Of a stretch of 64,000 bases of DNA, positions 36,701-50,149 are shown piece by piece. Origin of the DNA: Octopus sinensis. Taxonomy: Eukaryota. The notes beneath the pieces are model-generated. The model was not told the DNA's origin. It worked only from the letters and a program-made list of their open reading frames with translations, and ran no database searches. The position numbers were made by a program, and so were the translations under genes. Positions within the stretch are counted from its first letter, which is position 1; each line of letters starts with the position of its first letter. The stretch lies in contig NC_043005.1 in NCBI RefSeq assembly GCF_006345805.1, positions 43,834,001-43,898,000 on the forward strand. Reading direction: 5' to 3'.

Positions 36701-38062
36701 GACTCTTCCAAATGGAACACATGGCTGTTTTCCTTTTGTGCCTCCTACCCTGACAATATTGTTTGTAATAGCTGTTATCTATAGTAATAAACACAAAATT
36801 TTGTCTATCTGGGACAAAATCTATCTGTCTGTCCCTGTATATCAGTCTACAAAGACATATACCTTTTTTGGTATCTGGATGATCACAGGATTGAAAATCT
36901 GTCCTTCATTTGGTTCTTGAACATCCAGTATTAGGATCAGGTCTGGATGAGGATTTGTTATACACTAAGAGTTGAAAATTCGAATTTTAAATCCCAAAAT
37001 TTGTGAACTTACAAGTTTTTCATTTAAACTGGATTTAAAGTAATACCATATTGATTGGGTACCAATCAGTGTTGTATTGTTATCACTCTCTTTAATTTTG
37101 GGCTGCAGGCCCAGTTAGCCTCCACAGGAGCTAGCTTAAAAGTTCGCACAGAGTGCAGCTTTTAAGCTAGTTAGAAATAACGGTAAATGGTCTGTATACT
37201 GAAGACTTATTTCAAATACTAATTGTACAGCTGAGTTTCCAGTTTTAGGAAGAACTCACCAACCATGTGATACGTGACACATTACAGAACACAGTATCTC
37301 AACATTTAATGTCATTTCAGAAGAAAGAAACTATTGAACTGCAAAATAATAAATTACAGATGAAGTTTCATCTTAATCGTTTTCTTAAACCCTTTAGCGT
37401 TCAGATTATTCTGACAATTGTAATGCTTTTTTTATTCACTTTGTTTTTAATTAATCATGCATTGTCTTATAGCTTTGAGATTTTGATAATGTGATTTATT
37501 TTTAGAATGCCATGCACCTGTACTGGTGCCACATGAAAAGCACCAACACTGATGCCATGTAAAAAGCTCTTGTGATGGTGTCACATAAAAAGCTCTCAGT
37601 ATGCTCTGTAAAGTGGTTTGCATTAGGAAGGGCATCTAGCCATAGAAACCATACTGAAGCAAACAATTAGAACCTGGTGCAGCTCTTGTCAAAATGTCCA
37701 ACCCAAGCCAGCATGGAAAATGGACTTCAAATGATGATTTAGGGTAGGTGTGAGAGGCTGAATCTAGAAAGTTTCAATATAAAACAGCACATTTGGGACC
37801 AGGTATGGTCCCTTTATTGCTAACGAGTTAAATATTGATGTTCATAAGTATAGCAGATTTATTAAAATAATTTCACTACCTCTGCTTCGGAAATAATCTC
37901 TCTCTTGAGAAAGAGCATTCTCATGGAACAAGGAATAAAAGCCAAGATAGTTAACTGAGATTAGGATCTGGTGTGTCTGACTCTGCTAGCCTTCTGGAAA
38001 TGTTGGTCATCATGACAAATTGGAAAGGAACACAGTGTCTACTATTCCATTGCTTTTTTTTT

Positions 38063-39308
38063 TTTAACCCTTTTGTTACTATGTTTCTGACCAAAATCCA
38101 CCCCTCATGAGTTTCAATTAAATTCTAAAATAATCATGAATTTTGACTAGTTTCATTAAACAACTGTAACTTTTTTACTTATCAACATATTAATGTGATA
38201 TTTGGAACATAATTAAAGAAAGGGTTCTTAATCAATTCTATTGCATAACTTTTGTCTCAAAGTGACTCTAATTACAGGTAAATCCAGGCAAACTAAGCAA
38301 AAGGTAAAAATATTAAAATTTTGCTTAAACATCACCATAGAAAATGAATCATCAGCTAATATTCAATTGGGTATGCAACAAAATTTTGATATAGAAGAAT
38401 TGTGCACATCACTAGATTGTCAGTTGAATTTAATACACAACAGAACAGATGTACCTTAATGGTGAAATAAACTGAAATACTGGAATCCACCTAAATTCAC
38501 CGCAAGTTTGACCAAACTAAAAAATTTGGTCAAAAAATAATATACAACCCTGGTTATGGTACGGAAGTGGTAAATTCCAGACCACATCATACCCTAGGCC
38601 ATGCTGACTAACATTATTTTACCTGTATAAAAATTAAATCCATAGCAGTACCCAGTATTTGCTTCACAAATTTTCCAAACTTTGATCCTCCATTTCGTGG
38701 GCTTTCCTGGCATATACTGTTTGTTTTTCATTCTGCATAACAGTTTGTTTCCGCAGTGATCGCTTCAAACAAGCATATTGAAAATAATAAAAGTCTAACG
38801 GTTTTGCTTCCTAAGAAAGACTATGGATAACCCCTTCTCAGAAAATTGCTAATAAAAACATTTTTAAAGTTTTTACTTCATTCCGATGTAAAATCGTCTT
38901 TGCTGTCGCAATCGTTGCTTTGTTTCTTCAGAATTGCTGCTTTTGGTTTCGGATGCATTCTTGTACACTACGTGCCTCATTCATTCTTTTTCTCTATATC
39001 TCCATATTTTCTGTTGAAAAACCTTTAAATTCAGAATCACTGCTTGATAGCATGAAAAAAAAATCAATGCCGAAAAAATGTGGAAAACTATCTCCCAAAA
39101 TTTACTGAGTTCAGATATCACATCAAGCAATGTTGGATACTATAACTCAACTATTTACAAAGTGAAATCACATATTTTTACAGATGTACTAAAGAGATTT
39201 GTGCTTAAATTCACATTTAAATAACAATGGGTACTCTTGGTTAGGTTGGTCTTGTGAACCAAACATTTTTTCGGCTGGCTATGGCTGGGTTAGTATCAAA
39301 AGGGTTAA
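38063..39308. mobile_element. TTAA-ended (piggyBac-like) MITE fragments: 38063-38240 and ~38570-39308
   Basis: TTAACCCTTT / AAAGGGTTAA termini. Similar fragments at 30790-30990, 37385-37830, 43320-43493 and 62070-62290. Confidence 0.55.
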
Positions 39309-40905
39309 ACAAAAGCTAGTCTAATGTAGTCAAGCTTTCTTCACTATCATACACAATATCTATGTTGCTATTCATTGTCTGATATCTGTTTTCCATGCTG
39401 GCTTAGGTTGGACAGTTTGACAGGAGCTGGCAAGCCTGAGAATTGCACTTGGCTCCAATTGTCTGTTCTGGTATGGTTTCTATGGCTGTATAACCTTCCT
39501 AATGTCAACTACTTTACACAGTGTACTGGTGCTTTTTATGTGGCACCAGTACCCAAGTGGTTGCCAACTAGCTTGGAAGGCAAAGACAATTCAGCTGAAG
39601 GAGGAGTGGAACCAAGAGAAGTGAGGGAACCAGTTGTTTAGCTCTAATAAAATTTAACGAGATATGTTCCATAACCTGAATAGCCTTTATGATGCATTGA
39701 CTTCTCAGATTGTAAAAATTTAGGTTATATTCAGAGAATATTTGGCAATCATAAACTTTATAAATTTCCTTAGGTGAAAAAGGTTTTTTTTCCTTTTTCT
39801 TTTACATAGACAATATCATCAGCATCCAATGTGCCATCAAGGGTTACTGATGTCTTGCATTGGGAAGATTTTGGCCTAATAGTCTGTAAAATTGCCATAA
39901 TGTAGTAAATGCGTTTCACTTTCAACTGAGTCAACTAGAACAATGTGAAATGAAGTGCCTTGCCTAAAAACGTAATGCATAATGTTTTGTTATTCCTTAT
40001 TTGGTATTTTTGGGCTTTATTAATCCTAGACTACTTTGTCTTTAATGAGAGCGAAGTGTCTACCTTCAGAGGAAGTGTTTTTATTCACTTAAGTTCTCAA
40101 ATACACTTGATACAAGAAAAAAGTGATAGGTCACCTTACTTCTGAAAGTGTTCCAGCTACAGCGCTGTCTGATTTGTGAATGGGATGGAGTTATCAGTAG
40201 CACAGAGGCAATCATTTTCTATTTTGATCTTAAATTCTTTTTAAAGGTGGTCACTGTACTGCTAGGAATAGTAACTAAATCTTCCTTAAATTACACTCTA
40301 CCATCTTGAAAAGAGTGAAACAAGATTGTGATGGTTACAATACCTTTTGATCACAGGTTGAACATTACTTTATGATTGCTTTTCCATATTGATATGGGTT
40401 GGACAAGTCATCAGAGTCCAAGTTAGTTCTTTGGTGTTACTGAATTAACTCAAACTGATGACACATCCAACCCATACCAGCATGGAAAAGTGCATGTGAA
40501 ATGGTGATTTTTGTGTTTTGTTGTTTAGATAAAACATGACATGTCACAGTAACAGCAAAACTGTTGGATGAATCAAGTAAATTATGTTTTCATTTTTGGC
40601 ATTGCTGGTTCTATAGGTGGAATGGCTGTTCTTGACAATGTGTCACTGTTCTTTTTCTTTTTGCATCCAGTTATAGGAGACAGGTTTTCAACTAAGAACA
40701 CAGAGCTGGAACAGATATGGCAAAATATCCTCTCCTCTGCTCTAAGATATTCACTTATCCACCACCATGGACTGTACTGTATCAACTCTGAAAGGATAGA
40801 AGGCAAAGTTGATTTTGACAGGATTTGATCTCAGAGAGCAGAAATTTGGAAAAATATTCTACAAAGCATTCTATTCAATGCTTTTCAAATGATTTAGATT
40901 TAGAA

Positions 40906-41172
40906 CAGGTGGTCTCCAACCATCAGGCTGCTGACCAGTACCCGGTTGCACAGAAAGGATGAACTTTCAAATTTTTGCTTGTATTATAATGCATATTAAA
41001 ATGTAATAATAGTAGCAATAAAGTGCATAATATACAATGTTATAATTACATTTGCATTTTATATATATATATTATGCACTTTGTGTTTTGTTATGCATGT
41101 GATATTTTGGCCTGTGGAAAAATTGTCTTGCATAATGCTAGTCTATTGTCCAAAAATGGATGGGGACCGCTG
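40906..41172. mobile_element. hAT-Charlie-like MITE
   Basis: Termini CAGGTGGTCTCCAACC and GGATGGGGACCGCTG, with GGAAAAATTGTCTT as in MER1/Charlie-type ends. No clean TSD. Confidence 0.6.
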
Positions 41173-41764
41173 AGTATGTTGTGACCCTGTTGGTGCTGGT
41201 GCCATGTAAAAAGCACTGGTGATGGTTCCACATAATAAGCACCCAGTATACATCCTGTAAAGTGGCTAGTGTTAGGGCATCCAGCTGTAGAAACCAGGCC
41301 AAAGCAGGCAATGGAACTTGATGTAGCTTCTGGCTTTGCCAGTTCCTGACCTTGTCACCTCCTGTAAAGTCATCCAACTGATGTCAGCAAGGAAGATGGA
41401 TGTTAAATGGTGATGTATCATCAATAGCTGACTGTTGAAATTTCTCCAAAACAGTAAACTGATATGTTATCTTGAAGTAACTTAGAAGCTAATCAACAAT
41501 ATTTAATTATTTAAGAATAGTGTGTTGTTACTTCACTGGAAAAAAGTCTAATTTATTATCTATAATCTATATAATGAATTTATCATGTAATACATCTGAC
41601 CTGTGTTGGACCCATTTTTCACATAACCAATATCTTGTGCTTCATAATAAACTGCATGCAAGTCACTGAGGTTATACTGTGTCAGTGAACAAGATATTTA
41701 ATGCTCAAGTGGCCAGGTCTACCTACCTAGCTGTTAATTTGTACTTTATGTTAAGATGGGAAGA

Positions 41765-42220
41765 ATAAGCACATGGATAGTTTTTGGTTCAGTCCCACTG
41801 CATAGCACCTTGAGCAAGTGTCTTCTACTATAGGGTAGGGCCAACCAAATCCTTGTAAGTGATTTTTGTGTTTTGTTGTTTAGATAAAACATGACATGTC
41901 ACAGTAGCAGTAAAACTGTTGGACGAACCAAGTAAATTATGTTTTCATATTTTGCATTGCTGGTTCTATAGGTGGATGGCTGTTCTTGACATAAGTGGAT
42001 TTGGTTGAGGTAAACTGAAAAAAAGCCTGTTGTGTCTATATACACGTGTGTGTGTCTTCATGTTTGTCCATCATTACTGCTTGACAACCAATGTTGGTGT
42101 GTTTATGCCCCCATAACATAGCAGTTCAGCTAAAAAAAAACAATTTAATAAGTACCAGGCTTAAAAAAATTAATACTGGGGATTGATTCATTCAACTAAA
42201 AAAGTTTGAGGTGGTGCAGT
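41765..42220 (+). mobile_element. SINE family A with a 130-bp insert (41862-41991)
   Basis: The insert matches 40504-40637 and is flanked by TAAGTG on both sides. Confidence 0.88.
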
Positions 42221-42444
42221 CTAATAAAGGTAACAACATAGTATGTTGCTCTCAGAATTGGTGCATTGGGTTCTTTAACGAAACTCTTCATTTCACATTG
42301 TTCTAGTTGATTCAGCTGTAAACAGGTAACACTGTCATGGTATTAACTCTCTGAACATTTTAATCTTGGTTCTTTCTCTTGTTTCTATGCTTTTGAAGGA
42401 CATACCTCCTCTATTAATGAGGTCTATTGTCATCGTTGATATCA

Positions 42445-44408
42445 TCATCATCATTCAGTGTCCATATTCCATGATGGCATGGGTTGGACGGCTTGACAAG
42501 GAGCTAGCAAGCCAGAGGATTGAACCAAGCTCTACTGTATTATTTGGCATGGTTTCTACAACAGGATGCCCTTCCTAATGCCAGCCGCTTTACAGAGTAT
42601 ACTGGGTACCTTTTATATGGCACCAGCACAGGAGCTTTCTATATGACGCCAGCATGGGTGCCTTTTACATGGCCCTGGCAGGGTAACAAAGGATGAACAC
42701 TTGAAAGAATTAATTTCATGTGTACTCTTAGTGCTCACTATTCCTGTAGATCTTCCATATATAAAGTCTACATTCCGTCTCAGTGATTCTACTACACTTC
42801 TTTGGCACTTTACAGTGAGTATACAGTTTGGAATTCCTACCTACTCATTTTTTACATAACAAGCTTGGCCACTTCTTCAGTAGCAGCAAAAATTCCTATG
42901 TTTCCTTGGTTTACTTTGAGACTTGGCAATTGTAGGTTTTGCTTCCAAGATAGGAAATTTTCATAACCCTTTGGCATTTAATCCAAACCAAATATTCTAC
43001 ATGTTTTATGTTAAAACTGACCAGGCATGGCTGGGTGATAAGAAGCTTGCTTCCCAGCTACAATGTTCCAGGTTCAGTCCCACTGTGTGGCACCTTGGTC
43101 AAATGTCTTCTACTATAGCCTCAGGACAGCCAAACTTTGTGAGTGGATTTGATAGACGGAAACTAAAAGAAGCCTGCCACATATATATGTGTCTGTGTCT
43201 GTTTGTCCCCTCACCATTGCATGTGTTTATGTCCTCATAACCTAGCAGTTTGGCAAAAGAGACCAACAAAATAAGTATTAGGCTTACAAAGAATAAGTCC
43301 AGGAGTCAATGTCTTTGACTGAACCCTGTAAAAGAATAAAAGCATATCCAATCTCGTGTATGCTACAATGTCATTCTAAAAATATCCAAATACACCATTG
43401 AAATATTTAAGCTACAAAATAATGTATAATTAATTCAACAAAATGTGAACAAATAAGCCTTATGTTAGAATAATCTGAATGTTAAAGGGTTAATCACGGA
43501 TTAATTCAAAGATGAGAGCTAGGTTTTCAGAATGCAAAATCTCTCTGGGGTATCCATCCTTAAACTGGTAATCCCCTGGAAGACTAATAAACACAAGGGA
43601 GCTGAGAACTATATCTGTTGGAATCTTCAGTTCAATGTCCTAGACCTGCTGGACAAACACGACTGCTTTTACAGTCTCTGACAGCTAAGAATGTTTCTTT
43701 CTACTGGCCATTTTTGGCCAGTTGATACATTTCTACTAGAGGCCTCTATTTCTTACCTTTAAATAAGGTCTTGGCAAAATATTCAAGTAGCTGGCACTTT
43801 ACAAGTTGCTGTGTTTGACAAGTAGACCCAAGGTGTGCCTTTTGTATCTTCTTTTGGAATCTGCCATGTTGATGTTGATACATCTCAAAGAGAAATGAGC
43901 ATTATATGGTTGGCACATGCTGTGTAGCATTGTGATTGGTCATCTCTATTTATGATCTAAGATATGTTGAAAGTTACCTGGCACAACTTCTGTATACACA
44001 CACATGCTTGCACATAGCTTTGTGCTGGTGTCACGCAAGAAGCCCAAGTAATGGTGCTGTGTAAAAATCACCCAGAACACTTTGAGAAGTGTTTGGTGTT
44101 CGGAAGGGCATCCAGCTGTAGAATTCATACTAAATCAGACAATGGAACCTGGTGTGGATCCTGGCCTTGCCAGTTCTGTTTCAAACCGTCCAACCCATGC
44201 CAGCATGCAAAACAGGCATTAACTCATCATCGTAATGATATATGTAATCACACATATGTACTGGCATGGTTGTATAGCAAGAAGTTTACTTTCCAACCAC
44301 ATGGTTTGGCATTCAGTCCCACTGTGTGTCACTCATGTCTTCTGCTATAGTATTAGGTTGATCAAAGCCTTGTGAGTAGATTTGGCTGATAAAAACTGAA
44401 AGAAGTTC

Positions 44409-44444
<36 letters not shown>

Positions 44445-44585
44445 CGTTAGGAAGGGCATCCAGCCGTAGAAACACTGCCAGATCAGACTGGGCCTGATGC
44501 AGCCTTCCGGCTTCACAGACCCCAGTTGAAGCGTCCAACCCATGCTAGCATGGAAAGCGGACACTAAATGATGATGATGATGATA
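42445..44585. mobile_element. Cluster: RTE 3' ends (42445-42680 -, 44030-44235 +, 44445-44585 +) and SINE A (43020-43320 +, 44250-44410 +)
   Basis: Family motifs as in the other copies. Confidence 0.75.
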
Positions 44586-45388
44586 TATATATATATATAT
44601 GTGTGTGTGAGGAGAGGGTACTGTTTCTTTGTCTGGACATCATGTGATAGTCGTAAACATGTATCATTGTCATACAAGCGGTGTTCTTTGTTTTCCATCA
44701 TGTAGCTATATGGATTTTTATGCACAATATGCCAATGTGAACTACAACATATGCGGGGGGGGGGGCGGTTTAGAATCAAAACATCATCAAGACTCATGTC
44801 CAGTATCAACTGGGCAACAATGGCTTGTAAACAGTTTTAATAGACTTTAATCTTTCGAAAGTGATGAGCTGGTAGAATCGTTAGCACACCAGACAAAATG
44901 CTTAGTGACATTTCGTCTGTCTTTACATTCTGAGTTCAAATTCTGCTAAGGTTGACTTTGCCTTACTTCCTTTCGAGGTTGATAAAAATAAGTATCAGTT
45001 GAGTAACTGGGATCAATATAGGCAACTCCACCCAACCCCTTCAGAATTGCTGGCCTTGTGCCGAAACAAGAAAAGAATATACTTCATCGTTTGAAAACAA
45101 ATTTTGTTTTTTTCCTAAGACATGGTACCAAATGCTGAAGCAAAGGATTTTGAGAAGTATAAGAGGCATTTATTAAAGCCTGAGAGGCATTTATAAAAAG
45201 CAATCAAGTTTTCCCATTTGTATTTGACTTTTCTTTTGTAACATATCATTTGGCTGCAGGTCTGTAACTTCAAGACAGAAATCTGATGGAAGTTCCTTAA
45301 TAATGCATTCAAATGGATATTGTAAGATTTTCAATAAGTTGGCTGAGTATACCAATTTGCACAACTATTTGTTGTTTCTAAGAAGTGG

Positions 45389-45607
45389 TTAACCCATTAG
45401 TGTTCGCATTATTCTGCCAAAATTAATGCTTTTTTATCCACATTGTTTTGAACTAATCGTGCATCATCTTGTAGCTATGAGATTTGGATGAGGTAGCTGT
45501 TAATTTTAAAAACGATATTGTAGGGTAGGTGTGAGAGACCAGATCTGGCCAGTTTGACCATAAAACAGGCAGAATACTTTTGGCCGGTTTAAATGCTAAA
45601 GGGTTAA
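45389..45607. mobile_element. Complete TTAA-flanked MITE
   Basis: TTAACCCATTAG ... CTAAAGGGTTAA. Confidence 0.75.
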
Positions 45608-47014
45608 ACATGATCTTTCTCATTCTAAAAAATGTCAGTCTCCATCACAATTTTTAAAAAAATTGTAAAATAATCTTATTTCTTCTATTAAACCATCTTA
45701 ACATTTAGGTAAAGCAAACAGTTGTATTCAGCAACGGTTTCTTCCCAAAATGTCTAAAACTAATGACAAGTGTTTTGAGATCATTCTCTGCTCTATCACA
45801 CGACAGATTTCCACAATGAATGATGTAGTGAAATACTGTCAGTTTGATACATCCTAGACCAAGCATAGGCAACCAGTTTTGAGACGTGGGCTGCATGGGA
45901 CATGCACATGGCTAAATAAATACAAAGTAATTTTCTTGCTAGGCATGCCATCCAGTCCTGCAAGCCACAGTTTGTCTATGACTGCCCAACATTAACCTCT
46001 TCTACACCACGCAATCTCTTCAGACATTTCCAAATCAGATTCTATTTAGTTGCTTCATGTCTTTACAAAAAAAAAAAAATTCTCTTTCCCAGCAGTTCTT
46101 CCATAAATTCTGTTTCCTGAAGTTAGTTCTTCTATCATTTCAAAGTTGGCATTAAATTCCTTGACTGAACAATAACAACACTGGATTGTCAGACACAGTC
46201 ATTGATTCATCAAGCGCCAAAAGAAAACTAAAAATTTTGTACTCTGTTGTTTAATTGGCACTACTTTTTTTCTACCTTTTTACCAAAAAAAAAATAAAAA
46301 TAAATGAATAAATAAATAAAATAAAGAAAATTAATATTCTTGGATAAATCTATTATTCTGGATATATTTCTTAAGTTGTTTTTACAACACACGATCTAAT
46401 TAATTTTCCAGCAATAAATATTGTTTTGCCTTTTTTAACTAACTTATAAGCTATTCTCAACTATGTTTTGTTGCAGTTTCAATTTTAGTATTTGTCTTGG
46501 TGCAAAGCGATTGTTGTGATAAAATTCTCTGCTTCCAGCTTTCATACTTATCATGACATAAATTTTCTGTTACATTAGACTAGTAAGATGAATATTTTAT
46601 CTGGCAATGTTTATAAATATTCTTTTGGCAAACTTTGGTTTTTTTTTTCTTTTCAATTACAAAATATTCCAATATGCTACACACAAATGTTTCATAAAGC
46701 TGCAACATTCAATGAATATATATATATATATGTGTGTGTGTGTGTATATGTATACACACACACATACCATGTGATCAACCAAACTATCAGATGCTTTTAA
46801 ACATCGCTAGCCACCATGCGATTTCCATTGTTTTAGCTTTCAAATGTCATCCCACTGGCTAGGAGTGCAAGCCAATGATCTATCTATCTATCTGTAAGGT
46901 GGTGAGCTAGCAGAATTGTTGGCACACCAGGCAGAAATCTTGCCAGCATCTTGTCCGTCCTTATATTCTGAGTTCAAATTCTGCAGAGGTCAACTTAGCC
47001 TTTCACCCTTTCAA

Positions 47015-47760
47015 GGCCAATGCCGGTTGCAGTGATACCTGAGGAACGCCCCCCCACCCCGCCCAAGCGTCATCTGTACCTGGAACCGGGCCATATTAAG
47101 AAGAACTGTCCCCAGGACCAAAGTAGGGTTCTGGAGCAGTTAGTAAAAGAAACCACCTCCTCGTAAAAAGGAAGAATGTGGGCAACAGTGGTTGCTCACC
47201 GAAGGACCCCAAAGCTGCAGGAGGGAGGGAAGATCCTCTGGATAAAGCGGAAGAACTACACCCTCCCGTAGCACAAGGGAGAAAAAAAAAGAAGAATGGG
47301 ACATTGCCGGCATGTCCTGAAACCTTGTCGGTGAGAATTTAGCCACCGATGGAGGAAACTGTGGCCCCTCCCATTATGATCAAAGATGCATTTGTGATGT
47401 TCTTTCATAAGGGAGGGGCTGTATAGAGCTTTGTAAAAAAGCTATAGGGCCAGAGGGAAGGGGTCCTGTCTTGTACAGAAAACCCTGATTGGCCTCTGCA
47501 GGTAACTGTGGAGGTCGTAATGGAAAATGATATGTTCAGGGTGATGGACTCCTTTCCCAAGGACCAGTACAGTTTTGCTTTCTGGGGCCCTGACTTAGAA
47601 CTGCAGGAGGCATATTGCCTGGTTGGGGAGGAAAGGGAAGATGCCTTAGTGTCTCGATTTTTTGGTAAGAGGCTCAGCGCTTCATCTTGTAAGGTTGATT
47701 GCGTCCATTCTTTGAACTTTGGTAAGAGGTTCAATACCTCATTTTGTGTTGATGAGAAAA
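47015..47760 (+). mobile_element. GC-richer decayed gag/ORF1-like segment with a CCHC zinc-knuckle relic
   Basis: RHLYLEPGHIKKNCP (47068-47112) equals Cx2Cx4Hx4C with the two first Cys each changed by one base (TGT>CGT, TGC>TAC). Confidence 0.45.
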
Positions 47761-47879
47761 AGAGAAGAATGTTTTTGGGAAGCAGCATTTGGCGGGCGTT
47801 GTCTGCTTCCCCAACCAATCATTTTTTCATTTTTTTCATTCCATTATCATTTGTGTCTTTGTCCAGCCCACAGCTACAT

Positions 47880-49135
47880 CTTTGTAAGGCTGTATGGACA
47901 ATTGATGAAATAATGTCTAAGAGCGCTATTATAAACAGTAATTGCCCTAAGACAGTTCCCTAAGGGACACCACTCAAAATTTATGTTTCCCTAGAGAGTG
48001 CACCCTTAGCGGCAACTGTCTGACTTCTATTGTTTAGGAAGTCATGCAGCCACTCTCCTAGTTTACCAGATATACCAAGGTTTCACAGCTTGTGACATAT
48101 CATGCCATGATCAACTTTGTCAAAGGCCTTTGCAAAGTCAAGATATATCACATTGACATGTGAATGGTCAAGCAGCTGCTTCAGGACCCAGTTATAATGC
48201 TGTAAGAGCTATGTTAGACAGCTTCTGCCTGGACAGAAGCCATGCTGTGTATCGTTCAGCAAGTCATTTTCTTCTAGGGATGTAATCAGTTTCTTCCTGA
48301 ATATTTGCTCTATAACTTTGCTGATATGTGAAGTCCGAGAGATAGGTCTAGTTTTTGGCCTCTACTCTGCTTCCACCTTTATGGATATGACATATGATGC
48401 CTTCTTTTAGCTTTTTGGGAAGTTTACCACTTGCAAGGAAACTCAGGAAGAGTATCCAAAGTGCTCCCGCTAATTCTTGTTTACATGACTAAGAAAATAT
48501 TACATCTTCCTCTTCAGTGTCAATGTAGGTGATGGCTGCCTCCTTTTCCTGCAGGGTTGCATAGTCGAAGAAATCAGCTGGGTTTTTTATTTGCATATGA
48601 CCCAGCAGAGAGGTGAAGACACTTTTAAATTGTACACTGATCACTTCATTTGTCCTTCTGGGGTCTGCAGTCTTTGAGCCATTCAATTGGAGCAGGGGTC
48701 CTATTTTGTACTGTACTGTGGCTGTATCCCTTGCAAATTTATAGAAAGCCTTGGGGTTTGTTTTTATACTTTCTACAGCTCTCTTCTTTGCTCTTTCCTT
48801 TTCATGGGACAGTTTACTTTTGTCTTCAATTTCCATCATTGTCTCTCTTAATTTAGCCTTTTTACTATCCTTCATTTCTCTATTCAACTGGTTTGAGACA
48901 TTTGTTCTGTGTCTCTTAAGGATTCTCTTGTCTCTGGGGATTCTATTTATATGTATGCTGGCCTTTCTTTCTGGTACATATTTGGTGCATATAGCATGCA
49001 CAGTCACCTTAAAGCGACATAGTTTTAGGCCATTGCCTTGCATAGACAGGTTGTCAGGCCAGTTTTGATTGTAGATCTCTTTGCAGATTGATTACCAGTT
49101 TGCTTTGTGGAAATTTAGGTTGGATATGGCTTGAG
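47880..49135 (-). mobile_element. CR1-like LINE ORF2 remnant
   Basis: IKTNPKAFYKFA...KIGPLL...RPISRTSHISKVIE...QHGF..GRSCLT...IYLDFAKAFDKVDHG...SGVP*GTVLG. Confidence 0.92.
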
Positions 49136-49239
49136 TCCTGCTGTAGAAACTCTGCCAGATCAGATTGGAGTCTGGTTTGCCAGACCTCAGTCAAATCATC
49201 CAACCCATGCTAGCATGGAAAGCGGATGTTAATTGATGA

Positions 49240-49915
49240 TGATATATATGCATGTATACATGTATATGTATGTATATATGTATATGTATGTATACATGTA
49301 TATGTATGTATATATGTATATGTATGTATACATGTATATGTATGTATACATGTATATGTATGTATATATAATGTATATGTATGTATATATATGTATGTAT
49401 ATACATGTATATATATGTATGTATATACATGTATATCTATGTATGTATATACATGTATATCTATGTATGTATATACATGTATATTTATGTATGTATATAT
49501 ATATATATGTATATATATATATCTGTATGTATATGTATGTGAATATGTATATATATATGTGTATATGTATGTATGTATATATGTATATATGTGTGTATGT
49601 ATATGTGTATGTATATATGTGTGTATGTATATGTGTATGTATATATGTATATATATGTGTGTATGTATATGTGTATGTATATATGTGTGTATATATATAT
49701 ATATGCATGTTTATATATATATGTGTGTATGTATGTTTATATGTATATATATATATATGTGTGTATGTATGTTTATATGTATATATATAGATGTATGTAT
49801 ATGTATGTTCATATATATGTATATATATATATATTTTTTTTTATATATGTGTATGTATATATGCATATATATATATATGCTTGTATATTTGCATGTAATA
49901 TATTTTAAATGATTG
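49240..49915. repeat. Compound TA/TG/CA microsatellite with 18- and 24-bp higher-order units
   Basis: ATGTATATGTATGTATAC/T units, then ATATACATGTATATATATGTATGT-type units; almost pure purine-pyrimidine alternation. Confidence 0.95.
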
Positions 49916-50110
49916 ATAGGGAAGGCAGTGTGTACTGTAAGCTTTACTTAGCCTGACAATCATTTTGGCATTCATCTGCATCTTTCTCTAGTGGGTGGAG
50001 GACAATATAATGGAATCAAATGCCTCTCACAGTGCAGAAGAAACCTCATCAGGTTACATTTTATACTACGTTTTTCAAGCCTCTCATTTAAACTTTAATT
50101 TTAAACATAA

Positions 50111-50149
<39 letters not shown>

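Noticed and set aside
49191-49912. Long ORFs (up to 228 aa) rich in Y/I/M/C/V/H/T
   Set aside because: Translations of TA/TG/CA microsatellite. The same applies to the ORFs at 4704-5553, 7007-7336, 7619-8019 and 59691-60426.
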